A DNA stretch of 64,000 nucleotides, from positions 165,106,001-165,170,000 of the forward strand of contig OZ024742.1 in the NCBI GenBank assembly GCA_964016885.1, read 5' to 3'. Position numbers and translations under genes: made by a program. Positions 42,001 through 57,600 of the stretch are shown here, piece after piece (position 1 is the stretch's first letter; each line of letters starts with the position of its first letter). The notes under the pieces are model-generated. The model saw nothing but the letters and a program-made list of their open reading frames with translations, was not told the DNA's origin and did not search any database. This stretch comes from Eledone cirrhosa (lineage: Eukaryota).

Positions 42001-45000
42001 TCCCCCTGATTTTTTTTTTACAAATTATCTCCCCCTGATTTTTTTTACAAATTATCTCCGCCTGATTTTTTTAAATATTATCTTCTCTTGGCTGGCGGGA
42101 AATTATCTCCCCTTGGACGGCTGAAAATTATCTCCCCTTGGACGGCTGGAAATTATCTCCCCTTGATTTTTTTTACAAATTATCTCCCCCTGATTTTTTT
42201 TTACAAATTATCTCCCCCTGATTTTTTTTTACAAATTATCTCCCCCTGATTTTTTTTTACAAATTATCTCCCCCTGATTTTTTTTACAAATTATCTCCCC
42301 CTGATTTTTTTACAAATTATCTCCCCCTGATTTTTTTTACAAATTATCTCCGACTGATTTTTTTAAATATTATCTTCTCTTGGCTGGCGGGAAATTATCT
42401 CCCCTTGGACGGCTGAAAATTATCTCCCCTTGGACGGCTGGAAATTATCTCCCCTTGATTTTTTTTACAAATTATCTCCCCCTGATTTTTTTTTACAAAT
42501 TATCTCCCCCTGATTTTTTTTTACAAATTATCTCCCCCTGATTTTTTTTTACAAATTATCTCCCCCTGATTTTTTTTACAAATTATCTCCCCCTGATTTT
42601 TTTACAAATTATCTCCCCTTGGCTGGCTGGAAATTATCTCCCCTTGGAGGCTGGAATTTATCTCCCCTTGGACGGCTAGAAATTACCTCTCCTTGGACGG
42701 CTGGAAAATATGTCCTTGGACGGCTGGATATTATCTACCCTTGGACGGCTGGAAATTATCTCTCCTCGGACGACTAGAAATTACCTCTCCTTGGACAGCT
42801 GAAAATTATCTCCCCTTGGACGGCTGGAAATTATCTCCCCTTGATTTTTTTTACAAATTATCTCCCCCTGATTTATTTTACAAATTATCTCCCCCTGATT
42901 TTTTTTTACAAATTATCTCCCCCTGATTTTTTTTACAAATTATCTCCCCCTGATATTTTTTACAAATTATCTCCCCCTGATTTTTTTACAAATTATCTCC
43001 CCTTGGCTGGCTGGAAATTATCTACCCTTGGAGGCTGGAATTTATCTCCCCTTGGACGGCTAGAAATTACCTCGCCTTGGACGGCTGGAAAATATGTCTC
43101 CTTGGACGGCTGGAAATTATCTCCCCTTGGACGGCTCGAAATTATCTCCCCTTGGACGGCTGGAAATTATCTCCCCTTGGACGGCTAGATATTACCTCCC
43201 CTTGGACGGCTGGAAATTATCTCCCCTTGATTTTTTTTACAAATTATCTCCCCCTGATTTTTTTTTACAAATTATCTCCCCCTGATTTTTTTTTACGAAG
43301 TATCTCCCCCTGATTTTTTTTTACAAATTATCTCCGCCTGATTTTTTTTAAAAAATTATCTCCCCTTGAACGGCTGGAAATTATCTCCCCTTGGACGGCT
43401 GGAAATTATCTCCCCTTGGACGGCTAGAAATTACCTCTCCTTGGACGGCTGAAAATTATCTCCCATTGGACGGCTGCAAATTATCTCCCCTTGATTTTTT
43501 AACAAATTATCTCCCCCTGATTTTTTTTTACAAATTATCTCCCCCTGATTTTTTTTTACAAATTATCTACGCCTAATTTTTTTTACAAATTATCTCCCCC
43601 TGATTTTTTTTTACAAATTATCTCCCCCTGATTTTTTTTACAAATTATCTCCCCCTGATTTTTTTTTACAAATTATTTCCCCCTGATTTTTTTACAAATT
43701 ATCTCCCCCCTGATTTTTTTTACAATCTCCGCCTGATTTTTTTAAAAATTATCTTCCCTTGGCTGGCGGGAAATTATCTCCCCTTGGACGGCTGGAAATT
43801 ATATCCCCTTGGAAGGATGGAAATTATCTCCCCTTGGACGGCTGGAAATTATCTCCCCTTGGACGGCTGGAAATTATCTCCCCTTGGACAGCTGGAAATT
43901 ATCTGTCCTTGATTTTGTTTTTACAAATTATCTCCCCCTGATTTTTTTTACAAATTATCTCCACCTGATTTTTTAAAAAATTATCTCCCCTTGGACGGCT
44001 GGAAATTATCTCCCCTTGATTTTTTTTACAAATTATCTCCCCCTGATTTTTTTTTACAAATTATCTCCCCCTGATTTTTTTTTACAAATTATCTCCCCCT
44101 GATTTTTTTTTACAAATTATCTCACCCTGATTTTTTTTACAAATTATCTCTCCCTGATTTTTTTACAAATTATCTCCCCTTGGCTGGCTGGAAATTATCT
44201 CCCCTTGGAGGCTGGAATTTATCTCCCCTTGGACGGCTAGAAATTACCTCTCCTTGGACGGCTGGAAAATATGTCTCCTTGGACGGCTGGATATTATCTA
44301 CCCTTGGACGGCTGGAAATTATCTCCCCTTGGACGGCTGGAAATTATCTCCTCTTGGACGGCTAGATATTACCTCCCCTTGGACGGCTGGAAATTATCTC
44401 CCCTTGATTTTTTTACAAATTATCTCCCCCTGATTTTTTTACAAATTATCTCCCCCTGATTTTTTTTACAAATTATCTCCGCCTAATTTTTTTAAATATT
44501 ATCTTCCCTTGGCTGGCGGGAAATTATCTCCCCTTGGACGGCTGAAAATTATCTCCCCTTGGACGGCTGGAAATTATCTCCCCTTGATTTTTTTTACAAA
44601 TTATCTCCCCCTGATTTTTTTTTACAAATTATCTCCCCCTGATTTTTTTTACAAATTATCTCCCCCTGATTTTTTTACAAATTATCTCCCCTTGGCTGGC
44701 TGGAAATTATCTCCCCTTGGAGGCTGGAATTTATCTCCCCTTGGACGGCTAGAAATTACCTCTCCTTGGAAGGCTGGAAAATATGTCCTTGGACGGCTGG
44801 ATATTATCTACCCTTGGACGGCTGGAAATTATCTCCCCTTGGACGGCTGGAAATTATCTCCCCTTGGACGGCTAGATATTACCTCCCCTTGGACGGCTGA
44901 AAATTATCTCCCCTTGGACGGCTGGAAATTATCTCCCCTTGATTTTTTTTTACAAATTATCTCCCCCTGATTATTTTTTACAAATTATCCCCTGATTTTT

Positions 45001-48000
45001 TTTTTACAAATTATCTCCCCCTGATTTTTTTACAAATTATCTCCCCTTGGCTGGCTGGAAATTATCTCCCATTGGAGGCTGGAATTTATCTCCCCTTGGA
45101 CGGTTAGAAATTACCTCCCCTTGGACGGCTGGAAAATATGTCTCCTTGGAAGGCTGGAAATTATCGCGCCTTGGACGGCTGGAAATTATCTCCCCTTGGA
45201 CGGCTGGAAATTATCTCTCATCGGACGGCTAGAAATTACCTCTCCTTGGACAGCTGAAAATTATCTCCCCTTGGACGGCTGGAAATTATCTCCCCTTGAT
45301 TTTTTTTACAAATTATCTCCCCCTGATTTTTTTTTACAAATTATCTCCCCCTGATTTTTTTTTACAAATTATCTCCCCCTGATTTTTTTTTACAAATTAT
45401 CTCCCCCTGATATTTTTTACAAATTATCTCCCCCTGATTTTTTTACAAATTATCTCCCCTTGGCTGGCTGGAAATTATCTCCCCTTGGATGCTGGAATTT
45501 ATCTCCCCTTGGACGGCTAGAAATTACCTCGCCTTGGACGGCTGGAAAATATGTCTCCTTGGACGGCTGGAAATTATCTCCCCTTGGACGGCTGGAAATT
45601 ATCTCCCCTTGGACAGCTGGAAATTATCTCCCCTTGGACGGCTAGATATTACCTCCCCTTGGACGACTGGAAATTATCTCCCCTTGATTTTTTTTACAAA
45701 TTATCTCCCCCTGATTTTTTTTTACAAATTATCTCCCCCTGATTTTTTTTTACGAATTATCTCCCCCCGATTTTTTTTTACAAATTATCTCCGCCTGATT
45801 TTTTTTTAAAAATTATCTCCCCTTGAACGGCTGGAAATTATCTCCCCTTGGACGGCTGGAAATTATCTCCCCTTGGACGGCTAGAAATTACCTCTCCTTG
45901 GACGGCTGAAAATTATCTCCCCTTGGACGGCTGCAAATTATCTCCCCTTGATTTTTTAACAAATTATCTCCCCCTGATTTTTTTTTACAAATTATCTCCC
46001 CCTGATTTTTTTTTACAAATTATCTCCCCCTGATTTTTTTTTACAAATTATCTCCCCCTGATTTTTTTTACAATCTCCGCCTGATTTTTTAAAAAATTAT
46101 CTTCCCTTGGCTGGCGGGAAATTATCTCCCCTTGGACGGCTGGAAATTATCTCCCCTTGATTTTTTTACAAATTATCTCCCCCTGATTTTTTTTACAAAT
46201 TATCTCCCCCTGATTTTATGTTACAAATTATCTCCCCCTGATTTTTTTACAAATTATCTCCCCCTGATTTTTTTTACAAATTATCTCCGCCTGATTTTTT
46301 TAAATATTATCTTCCCTTGGCTGGCGGGAAATTATCTCCCCTTGGACGGCTGGAAATTATCTCCCCTTGATTTTTTTTACAAATTATCTCCCCCTGATTT
46401 TTTTTTACAAATTATCTCCCCCTGATTTTTTTTTACAAATTATCTCCCCCTGATTTTTTTTTACAAATTATCTCCCCCTGATTTTTTTTTACAAATCTCC
46501 CCCTGATTTTTTTATAAATTATCTCCCCTTGGCTGGCTGGAAATTATCTCCCCTTGGAGGCTGGAATTTATCTCCCCTTGGACGGCTAGAAATTACCTCT
46601 CCTTGGATGGCTGGAAAATATGTCTCCTTGGACGGCTGGATATTATCTACCCTTGGACGGCTGGAAATTATCTCCCCTTGGACGGCTGGAAATTATCTCC
46701 CCTTGGACGGCTAGATATTACCTCCCATTGGACGGCTGGAAATTATCTCCCCTTGATTTTTTTTACAAATTATCTCCCCCTGATTTTTTTTTACGAATTA
46801 TCTCCCCCTGATTTTTTTTTACAAATTATCTCCGCCTGATTTTTTTTTAAAAATTATCTCCCCTTGAACGGCTGGAAATTATCTCCCCTTGGACGGCTGG
46901 AAATTATCTCCCCTTGGACGGCTAGAAATTACCTCTCCTTGGACTGCTGAAAATTATCTCCCCTTGGACGGCTGCAAATTATCTCCCCTTGATTTTTTTA
47001 ACAAATTATCTCCCCCTGATTTTTTTTTACAAATTATCTCCCCCTGATTTTTTTTTACAAATTATCTACGCCTAATTTTTTTTACAAATTATCTCCCCCT
47101 GATTTTTTTTTACAAATTATCTCCCCCTGATTTTTTTTACAAATTATCTCCCCCTGATTTTTTTTACAAATTATCTCCCCCTGATTTTTTTACAAATTAT
47201 CTCCCCCCTGATTTTTTTTACAATCTCCGCCTGATTTTTTTAAAAATTATCTTCCCTTGGCTGGCGGGAAATTATCTCCCCTTGGACGGCTGGAAATTAT
47301 ATCCCCTTGGAAGGATGGAAATTATCTCCCCTTGGACGGCTGGAAATTATCTCCCCTTGGACGGCTGGAAATTACCTCCCCTTGGACAGCTGGAAATTAT
47401 CTGCCCTTGATTTTGTTTTTACAAATTATCTCCCCCTGATTTTTTTTACAAATTATCTCCACCTGATTTTTTAAAAAATTATCTCCCCTTGGACGGCTGG
47501 AAATTATCTCCCCTTGGACGGCTGGAAATTATCTCCCCTTGATTTTTTTTACAAATTATCTCCCCCTGATTTTTTTTTACAAATTATCTCCCCCTGATTT
47601 TTTTTACAAATTATCTCCCCCTGATTTTTTTTTACAAATTATTTCCCCCTGATTTTTTTACAAATTATCTCCCCCCTGATTTTTTTTACAATCTCCGCCT
47701 GATTTTTTTAAAAATTATCTTCCCTTGGCTGGCGGGAAATTATCTCCCCTTGGACGGCTGGAAATTATATCCCCTTGGAAGGATGGAAATTATCTCCCCT
47801 TGGACGGCTGGAAATTATCTCCCCTTGGACGGCTGGAAATTATCTCCCCTTGGACAGCTGGAAATTATCTGCCCTTGATTTTGTTTTTACAAATTATCTC
47901 CCCCTGATTTTTTTTACAAATTATCTCCACCTGATTTTTTAAAAAATTATCTCCCCTTGGACGGCTGGAAATTATCTCCCCTTGATTTTTTTTACAAATT

Positions 48001-48680
48001 ATCTCCCCCTGATTTTTTTTTACAAATTATCTCCCCCTGATTTTTTTTACAAATTATCTCCCCCTGATTTTTTTTTACAAATTATCTCACCCTGATTTTT
48101 TTTACAAATTATCTCTCCCTGATTTTTTTACAAATTATCTCCCCTTGGCTGGCTGGAAATTATCTCCCCTTGGAGGCTGGAATTTATCTCCCCTTGGACG
48201 GCTAGAAATTACCTCTCCTTGGACGGCTGGAAAATATGTCTCCTTGGACGGCTGGATATTATCTACCCTTGGACGGCTGGAAATTATCTCCCCTTGGACG
48301 GCTGGAAATTATCTCCTCTTGGACGGCTAGATATTACCTCCCCTTGGACGGCTGGAAATTATCTCCCCTTGATTTTTTTACAAATTATCTCCCCCTGATT
48401 TTTTTACAAATTATCTCCCCCTGATTTTTTTTACAAATTATCTTCGCCTAATTTTTTTAAATATTATCTTCCCTTGGCTGGCGGGAAATTATCTCCCCTT
48501 GGACGGCTGAAAATTATCTCCCCTTGGACGGCTGGAAATTATCTCCCCTTGATTTTTTTTACAAATTATCTCCCCCTGATTTTTTTTTACAAATTATCTC
48601 CCCCTGATTTTTTTTTACAAATTATCTCCCCCTGATTTTTTTTTACAAATTATCTCCCCCTGATATTTTTTACAAATTAT
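30010..48680 (+). repeat. Direct duplication, offset ~12,144 bp: ~30010-36500 repeated at ~42150-48680
   Basis: ORFs 30549...33988 recur at exactly +12144, 34386-35582 at +12143, and 35975 at +12170 (one extra B unit). Rare variants CCGACTGA, ATCGCGCC and CTTCGCCTAA are shared. Confidence 0.92.
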
Positions 48681-51600
48681 CTCCCCCTTGAACGGCTGGA
48701 AATTATCTCCCCTTGGAGGCTGGAATTTATCTCCCCTTGGACGGCTAGAAATTACCTCTCCTTGGAAGGCTGGAAAATATGTCCTTGGACGGCTGGATAT
48801 TATCTACCCTTGGACGGCTGGAAATTATCTCCCCTTGGACGGCTGGAAATTATCTCCCCTTGGACGGCTAGATATTACCTCCCCTTGGACGGCTGAAAAT
48901 TATCTCCCCTTGGACGGCTGGAAATTATCTCCCCTTGATTTTTTTTTACAAATTATCTCCCCCTGATTATTTTTTACAAATTATCCCCTGATTTTTTTTT
49001 TACAAATTATCTCCCCCTGATTTTTTTACAAATTATCTCCCCTTGGCTGGCTGGAAATTATCTCCCATTGGAGGCTGGAATTTATCTCCCCTTGGACGGT
49101 TAGAAATTACCTCCCCTTGGACGGCTGGAAAATATGTCTCCTTGGACGGCTGGAAATTATCGCGCCTTGGACGGCTGGAAATTATCTCCCCTTGGACGGC
49201 TGGAAATTATCTCTCATCGGACGGCTAGAAATTACCTCTCCTTGGACAGCTGAAAATTATCTCCCCTTGGACGGCTGGAAATTATCTCCCCTTGATTTTT
49301 TTTACAAATTATCTCCCCCTGATTTTTTTTTACAAATTATCTCCCCCTGATTTTTTTTTACAAATTATCTCCCCCTGATTTTTTTTTACAAATTATCTCC
49401 CCCTGATATTTTTTTACAAATTATCTCCCCCTGATTTTTTTACAAATTATCTCCCCTTGGCTGGCTGGAAATTATCTCCCCTTGGAGGCTGGAATTTATC
49501 TCCCCTTGGACGGCTAGAAATTACCTCGCCTTGGACGGCTGGAAAATATGTCTCCTTGGACGGCTGGAAATTATCTCCCCTTGGACGGCTGGAAATTATC
49601 TCCCCTTGGACAGCTGGAAATTATCTCCCCTTGGACGGCTAGATATTACCTCCCCTTGGACGGCTGGAAATTATCTCCCCTTGATTTTTTTTACAAATTA
49701 TCTCCCCCTGATTTTTTTTTACAAATTATCTCCCCCTGATTTTTTTTTACGAATTATCTCCCCCCGATTTTTTTTTACAAATTATCTCCGCCTGATTTTT
49801 TTTAAAAAATTATCTCCCCTTGAACGGCTGGAAATTATCTCCCCTTGGACGGCTGGAAATTATCTCCCCTTGGACGGCTAGAAATTACCTCTCCTTGGAC
49901 GGCTGAAAATTATCTCCCCTTGGACGGCTGCAAATTATCTCCCCATGATTTTTTAACAAATTATCTCCCCCTGATTTTTTTTTACAAATTATCTCCCCCT
50001 GATTTTTTTTTACAAATTATCTCCCCCTGATTTTTTTTTACAAATTATCTCCCCCTGATTTTTTTTACAATCTCCGCCTGATTTTTTAAAAAATTATCTT
50101 CCCTTGGCTGGCGGGAAATTATCTCCCCTTGGACGGCTGGAAATTATCTCCCCTTGATTTTTTTACAAATTATCTCCCCCTGATTTTTTTTACAAATTAT
50201 CTCCCCCTGATTTTATGTTACAAATTATCTCCCCCTGATTTTTTTACAAATTATCTCCCCCTGATTTTTTTTACAAATTATCTCCGCCTGATTTTTTTAA
50301 ATATTATCTTCCCTTGGCTGGCGGGAAATTATCTCCCCTTGGACGGCTGGAAATTATCTCCCCTTGATTTTTTTTACAAATTATCTCCCCCTGATTTTTT
50401 TTTACAAATTATCTCCCCCTGATTTTTTTTACAAATTATCTCCCCCTGATTTTTTTTTACAAATTATCTCCCCCTGATTTTTTTTTACAAATCTCCCCCT
50501 GATTTTTTTATAAATTATCTCCCCTTGGCTGGCTGGAAATTATCTCCCCTTGGAGGCTGGAATTTATCTCCCCTTGGACGGCTAGAAATTACCTCTCCTT
50601 GGATGGCTGGAAAATATGTCTCCTTGGACGGCTGGATATTATCTACCCTTGGACGGCTGGAAATTATCTCCCCTTGGACGGCTGGAAATTATCTCCCCTT
50701 GGACGGCTAGATATTACCTCCCATTGGACGGCTGGAAATTATCTCCCCTTGATTTTTTTTACAAATTATCTCCCCCTGATTTTTTTTTACGAATTATCTC
50801 CCCCTGATTTTTTTTTACAAATTATCTCCGCCTGATTTTTTTTTTAAAATTATCTCCCCTTGAACGGCTGGAAATTATCTCCCCTTGGACGGCTGGAAAT
50901 TATCTCCCCTTGGACGGCTAGAAATTACCTCTCCTTGGACTGCTGAAAATTATCTCCCCTTGGACGGCTGCAAATTATCTCCCCTTGATTTTTTTAACAA
51001 ATTATCTCCCCCTGATTTTTTTTTACAAATTATCTCCCCCTGATTTTTTTTTACAAATTATCTACGCCTAATTTTTTTTACAAATTATCTCCCCCTGATT
51101 TTTTTTTACAAATTATCTCCCCCTGATTTTTTTTACAAATTATCTCCCCCTGATTTTTTTTACAAATTATCTCCCCCTGATTTTTTTACAAATTATCTCC
51201 CCCCTGATTTTTTTTACAATCTCCGCCTGATTTTTTTAAAAATTATCTTCCCTTGGCTGGCGGGAAATTATCTCCCCTTGGACGGCTGGAAATTATATCC
51301 CCTTGGAAGGATGGAAATTATCTCCCCTTGGACGGCTGGAAATTATCTCCCCTTGGACGGCTGGAAATTACCTCCCCTTGGACAGCTGGAAATTATCTGC
51401 CCTTGATTTTGTTTTTACAAATTATCTCCCCCTGATTTTTTTTACAAATTATCTCCACCTGATTTTTTAAAAAATTATCTCCCCTTGGACGGCTGGAAAT
51501 TATCTCCCCTTGGACGGCTGGAAATTATCTCCCCTTGATTTTTTTTACAAATTATCTCCCCCTGATTTTTTTTTACAAATTATCTCCCCCTGATTTTTTT

Positions 51601-54600
51601 TACAAATTATCTCCCCCTGATTTTTTTTTACAAATTATTTCCCCCTGATTTTTTTACAAATTATCTCCCCCCTGATTTTTTTTACAATCTCCGCCTGATT
51701 TTTTTAAAAATTATCTTCCCTTGGCTGGCGGGAAATTATCTCCCCTTGGACGGCTGGAAATTATATCCCCTTGGAAGGATGGAAATTATCTCCCCTTGGA
51801 CGGCTGGAAATTATCTCCCCTTGGACGGCTGGAAATTATCTCCCCTTGGACAGCTGGAAATTATCTGCCCTTGATTTTGTTTTTACAAATTATCTCCCCC
51901 TGATTTTTTTTACAAATTATCTCCACCTGATTTTTTAAAAAATTATCTCCCCTTGGACGGCTGGAAATTATCTCCCCTTGATTTTTTTTACAAATTATCT
52001 CCCCCTGATTTTTTTTTACAAATTATCTCCCCCTGATTTTTTTTACAAATTATCTCCCCCTGATTTTTTTTTACAAATTATCTCACCCTGATTTTTTTTA
52101 CAAATTATCTCTCCCTGATTTTTTTACAAATTATCTCCCCTTGGCTGGCTGGAAATTATCTCCCCTTGGAGGCTGGAATTTATCTCCCCTTGGACGGCTA
52201 GAAATTACCTCTCCTTGGACGGCTGGAAAATATGTCTCCTTGGACGGCTGGATATTATCTACCCTTGGACGGCTGGAAATTATCTCCCCTTGGACGGCTG
52301 GAAATTATCTCCTCTTGGACGGCTAGATATTACCTCCCCTTGGACGGCTGGAAATTATCTCCCCTTGATTTTTTTACAAATTATCTCCCCCTGATTTTTT
52401 TACAAATTATCTCCCCCTGATTTTTTTTACAAATTATCTTCGCCTAATTTTTTTAAATATTATCTTCCCTTGGCTGGCGGGAAATTATCTCCCCTTGGAC
52501 GGCTGAAAATTATCTCCCCTTGGACGGCTGGAAATTATCTCCCCCTGATTTTTTTTTACAAATTATCTCCCCCTGATTTTTTTTTACAAATTATCTCCCC
52601 CTGATTTTTTTTTACAAATTATCTCCCCCTGATATTTTTTACAAATTATCTCCCCCTGATTTTTTTACAAATTATCTCCCCTTGGCTGGCTGGAAATTAT
52701 CTCCCCTTGGAGGCTGGAATTTATCTCCCCTTGGACGGCTAGAAATTACCTCGCCTTGGACGGCTGGAAAATATGTCTCCTTGGACGGCTGGAAATTATC
52801 TCCCCTTGGACGGCTGGAAATTATCTCCCCTTGGACAGCTGGAAATTATCTCCCCTTGGACGGCTAGATATTACCTCCCCTTGGACGGCTGGAAATTATC
52901 TCCCCTTGATTTTTTTTACAAATTATCTCCCCCTGATTTTTTTTTACAAATTATCTCCCCCTGATTTTTTTTTACGAATTATCTCCCCCCGATTTTTTTT
53001 TACAAATTATCTCCGCCTGATTTTTTTTTAAAAATTATCTCCCCTTGAACGGCTGGAAATTATCTCCCCTTGGACGGCTGGAAATTATCTCCCCTTGGAC
53101 GGCTAGAAATTACCTCTCCTTGGACGGCTGAAAATTATCTCCCCTTGGACGGCTGCAAATTATCTCCCCTTGATTTTTTAACAAATTATCTCCCCCTGAT
53201 TTTTTTTTACAAATTATCTCCCCCTGATTTTTTTTTACAAATTATCTCCCCCTGATTTTTTTTTACAAATTATCTCCCCCTGATTTTTTTACAAATTATC
53301 TCCCCCTGATTTTTTTTACAATCTCCGCCTGATTTCTTAAAAAATTATCTTCCCTTGGCTGGCGGGAAATTATCTCCCCTTGGACGGCTGGAAATTATCT
53401 CCCCTTGGACGGCTGGAAATTATCTCCCCTTGGACAGCTGGAAATTATCTGCCCTTGATTTTGTTTTTACAAATTATCTCCCCCTGATTTTTTTTACAAA
53501 TTATCTCCACCTGATTTTTTAAAAAATTATCTCCCCTTGGACGGCTGGAAATTATCTCCCCTTGATTTTTTTACAAATTATCTCCCCCTGATTTTTTTTA
53601 CAAATTATCTCCCCCTGATTTTATGTTACAAATTATCTCCCCCTGATTTTTTTACAAATTATCTCCCCCTGATTTTTTTTACAAATTATCTCCGCCTGAT
53701 TTTTTTAAATATTATCTTCCCTTGGCTGGCGGGAAATTATCTCCCCTTGGACGGCTGGAAATTATCTCCCCTTGATTTTTTTTACAAATTATCTCCCCCT
53801 GATTTTTTTTTACAAATTATCTCCCCCTGATTTTTTTTTACAAATTATCTCCCCCTGATTTTTTTTTACAAATTATCTCCCCCTGATTTTTTTTTACAAA
53901 TCTCCCCCTGATTTTTTTATAAATTATCTCCCCTTGGCTGGCTGGAAATTATCTCCCCTTGGAGGCTGGAATTTATCTCCCCTTGGACGGCTAGAAATTA
54001 CCTCTCCTTGGATGGCTGGAAAATATGTCTCCTTGGACGGCTGGATATTATCTACCCTTGGACGGCTGGAAATTATCTCCCCTTGGACGGCTGGAAATTA
54101 TCTCCCCTTGGACGGCTAGATATTACCTCCCATTGGACGGCTGGAAATTATCTCCCCTTGATTTTTTTTACAAATTATCTCCCCCTGATTTTTTTTTACG
54201 AATTATCTCCCCCTGATTTTTTTTTACAAATTATCTCCGCCTGATTTTTTTTAAAAATTATCTCCCCTTGAACGGCTGGAAATTATCTCCCCTTGGACGG
54301 CTGGAAATTATCTCCCCTTGGACGGCTAGAAATTACCTCTCCTTGGACGGCTGAAAATTATCTCCCCTTGGACGGCTGCAAATTATCTCCCCTTGATTTT
54401 TTTAACAAATTATCTCCCCCTGATTTTTTTTTACAAATTATCTCCCCCTGATTTTTTTTACAAATTATCTACGCCTAATTTTTTTTACAAATTATCTCCC
54501 CCTGATTTTTTTTTACAAATTATCTCCCCCTGATTTTTTTTACAAATTATCTCCCCTTGGCTGGCTGGAAATTATCTCCCCTTGGAGGCTGGAATTTATC

Positions 54601-57600
54601 TCCCCTTGGACGGTTAGAAATTACCTCTCCTTGGACTGCTGGAAAATATGTCTCCTTGGACGGCTGGAAATTATCTCCCCTTGGACGGCTGGAAATTATC
54701 TCCCCTTGGACGGCTGGAAATTATCTCTCCTCGGACGACTAGAAATTACCTCTCCTTGGACAGCTGAAAATTATCTCCCCTTGGACGGCTGGAAATTATC
54801 TCCCCTTGATTTTTTTTACAAATTATCTCCCCCTGATTTATTTTACAAATTATCTCCCCCTGATTTTTTTTTACAAATTATCTCCCCCTGATTTTTTTTA
54901 CAAATTATCTCCCCCTGATATTTTTTACAAATTATCTCCCCCTGATTTTTTTACAAATTATCTCCCCTTGGCTGGCTGGAAATTATCTACCCTTGGAGGC
55001 TGGAATTTATCTCCCCTTGGACGGCTAGAAATTACCTCGCCTTGGACGGCTGGAAAATATGTCTCCTTGGACGGCTGGAAATTATCTCCCCTTGGACGGC
55101 TGGAAATTATCTCCCCTTGGACGGCTGGAAATTATCTCCCCTTGGACGGCTAGATATTACCTCCCCTTGGACGGCTGGAAATTATCTCCCCTTGATTTTT
55201 TTTACAAATTATCTCCCCCTGATTTTTTTTTACAAATTATCTCCCCCTGATTTTTTTTTACGAAGTATCTCCCCCTGATTTTTTTTTACAAATTATCTCC
55301 GCCTGATTTTTTTTTAAAAATTATCTCCCCTTGAACGGCTGGAAATTATCTCCCCTTGGACGGCTGGAAATTATCTCCCCTTGGACGGCTAGAAATTACC
55401 TCTCCTTGGACGGCTGAAAATTATCTCCCATTGGACGGCTGCAAATTATCTCCCCTTGATTTTTTAACAAATTATCTCCCCCTGATTTTTTTTTACAAAT
55501 TATCTCCCCCTGATTTTTTTTTACAAATTATCTACGCCTAATTTTTTTTACAAATTATCTCCCCCTGATTTTTTTTTACAAATTATCTCCCCCTGATTTT
55601 TTTTACAAATTATCTCCCCCTGATTTTTTTTTACAAATTATTTCCCCCTGATTTTTTTACAAATTATCTCCCCCCTGATTTTTTTTACAATCTCCGCCTG
55701 ATTTTTTTAAAAATTATCTTCCCTTGGCTGGCGGGAAATTATCTCCCCTTGGACGGCTGGAAATTATATCCCCTTGGAAGGATGGAAATTATCTCCCCTT
55801 GGACGGCTGGAAATTATCTCCCCTTGGACGGCTGGAAATTATCTCCCCTTGGACAGCTGGAAATTATCTGTCCTTGATTTTGTTTTTACAAATTATCTCC
55901 CCCTGATTTTTTTTACAAATTATCTCCACCTGATTTTTTAAAAAATTATCTCCCCTTGGACGGCTGGAAATTATCTCCCCTTGATTTTTTTTACAAATTA
56001 TCTCCCCCTGATTTTTTTTTACAAATTATCTCCCCCTGATTTTTTTTTACAAATTATCTCCCCCTGATTTTTTTTTACAAATTATCTCACCCTGATTTTT
56101 TTTACAAATTATCTCTCCCTGATTTTTTTACAAATTATCTCCCCTTGGCTGGCTGGAAATTATCTCCCCTTGGAGGCTGGAATTTATCTCCCCTTGGACG
56201 GCTAGAAATTACCTCTCCTTGGACGGCTGGAAAATATGTCTCCTTGGACGGCTGGATATTATCTACCCGTGGACGGCTGGAAATTATCTCCCCTTGGACG
56301 GCTGGAAATTATCTCCTCTTGGACGGCTAGATATTACCTCCCCTTGGACGGCTGGAAATTATCTCCCCTTGATTTTTTTACAAATTATCTCCCCCTGATT
56401 TTTTTACAAATTATCTCCCCCTGATTTTTTTTACAAATTATCTCCGCCTAATTTTTTTAAATATTATCTTCCCTTGGCTGGCGGGAAATTATCTCCCCTT
56501 GGACGGCTGAAAATTATCTCCCCTTGGACGGCTGGAAATTATCTCCCCTTGATTTTTTTTACAAATTATCTCCCCCTGATTTTTTTTTACAAATTATCTC
56601 CCCCTGATTTTTTTTACAAATTATCTCCCCCTGATTTTTTTACAAATTATCTCCCCTTGGCTGGCTGGAAATTATCTCCCCTTGGAGGCTGGAATTTATC
56701 TCCCCTTGGACGGCTAGAAATTACCTCTCCTTGGAAGGCTGGAAAATATGTCCTTGGACGGCTGGATATTATCTACCCTTGGACGGCTGGAAATTATCTC
56801 CCCTTGGACGGCTGGAAATTATCTCCCCTTGGACGGCTAGATATTACCTCCCCTTGGACGGCTGAAAATTATCTCCCCTTGGACGGCTGGAAATTATCTC
56901 CCCTTGATTTTTTTTACAAATTATCTCCCCCTGATTATTTTTTACAAATTATCCCCTGATTTTTTTTTTACAAATTATCTCCCCCTGATTTTTTTTACAA
57001 ATTATCTCCCCCTGATTTTTTTACAAATTATCTCCCCTTGGCTGGCTGGAAATTATCTCCCATTGGAGGCTGGAATTTATCTCCCCTTGGACGGTTAGAA
57101 ATTACCTCCCCTTGGACGGCTGGAAAATATGTCTCCTTGGACGGCTGGAAATTATCGCCCCTTGGATGGCTGGAAATTATCTCCCCTTGGACGGCTGGAA
57201 ATTATCTCTCATCGGACGGCTAGAAATTACCTCTCCTTGGACAGCTGAAAATTATCTCCCCTTGGACGGCTGGAAATTATCTCCCCTTGATTTTTTTTAC
57301 AAATTATCTCCCCCTGATTTTTTTTTACAAATTATCTCCCCCTGATTTTTTTTTTACAAATTATCTCCCCCTGATTTTTTTTTACAAATTATCTCCCCCT
57401 GATATTTTTTACAAATTATCTCCCCCTGATTTTTTTACAAATTATCTCCCCTTGGCTGGCTGGAAATTATCTCCCCTTGGAGGCTTGAATTTATCTCCCC
57501 TTGGACGGCTAGAAATTACCTCGCCTTGGACGGCTGGAAAATATGTCTCCTTGGACGGCTGGAAATTATCTCCCCTTGGACGGCTGGAAATTATCTCCCC

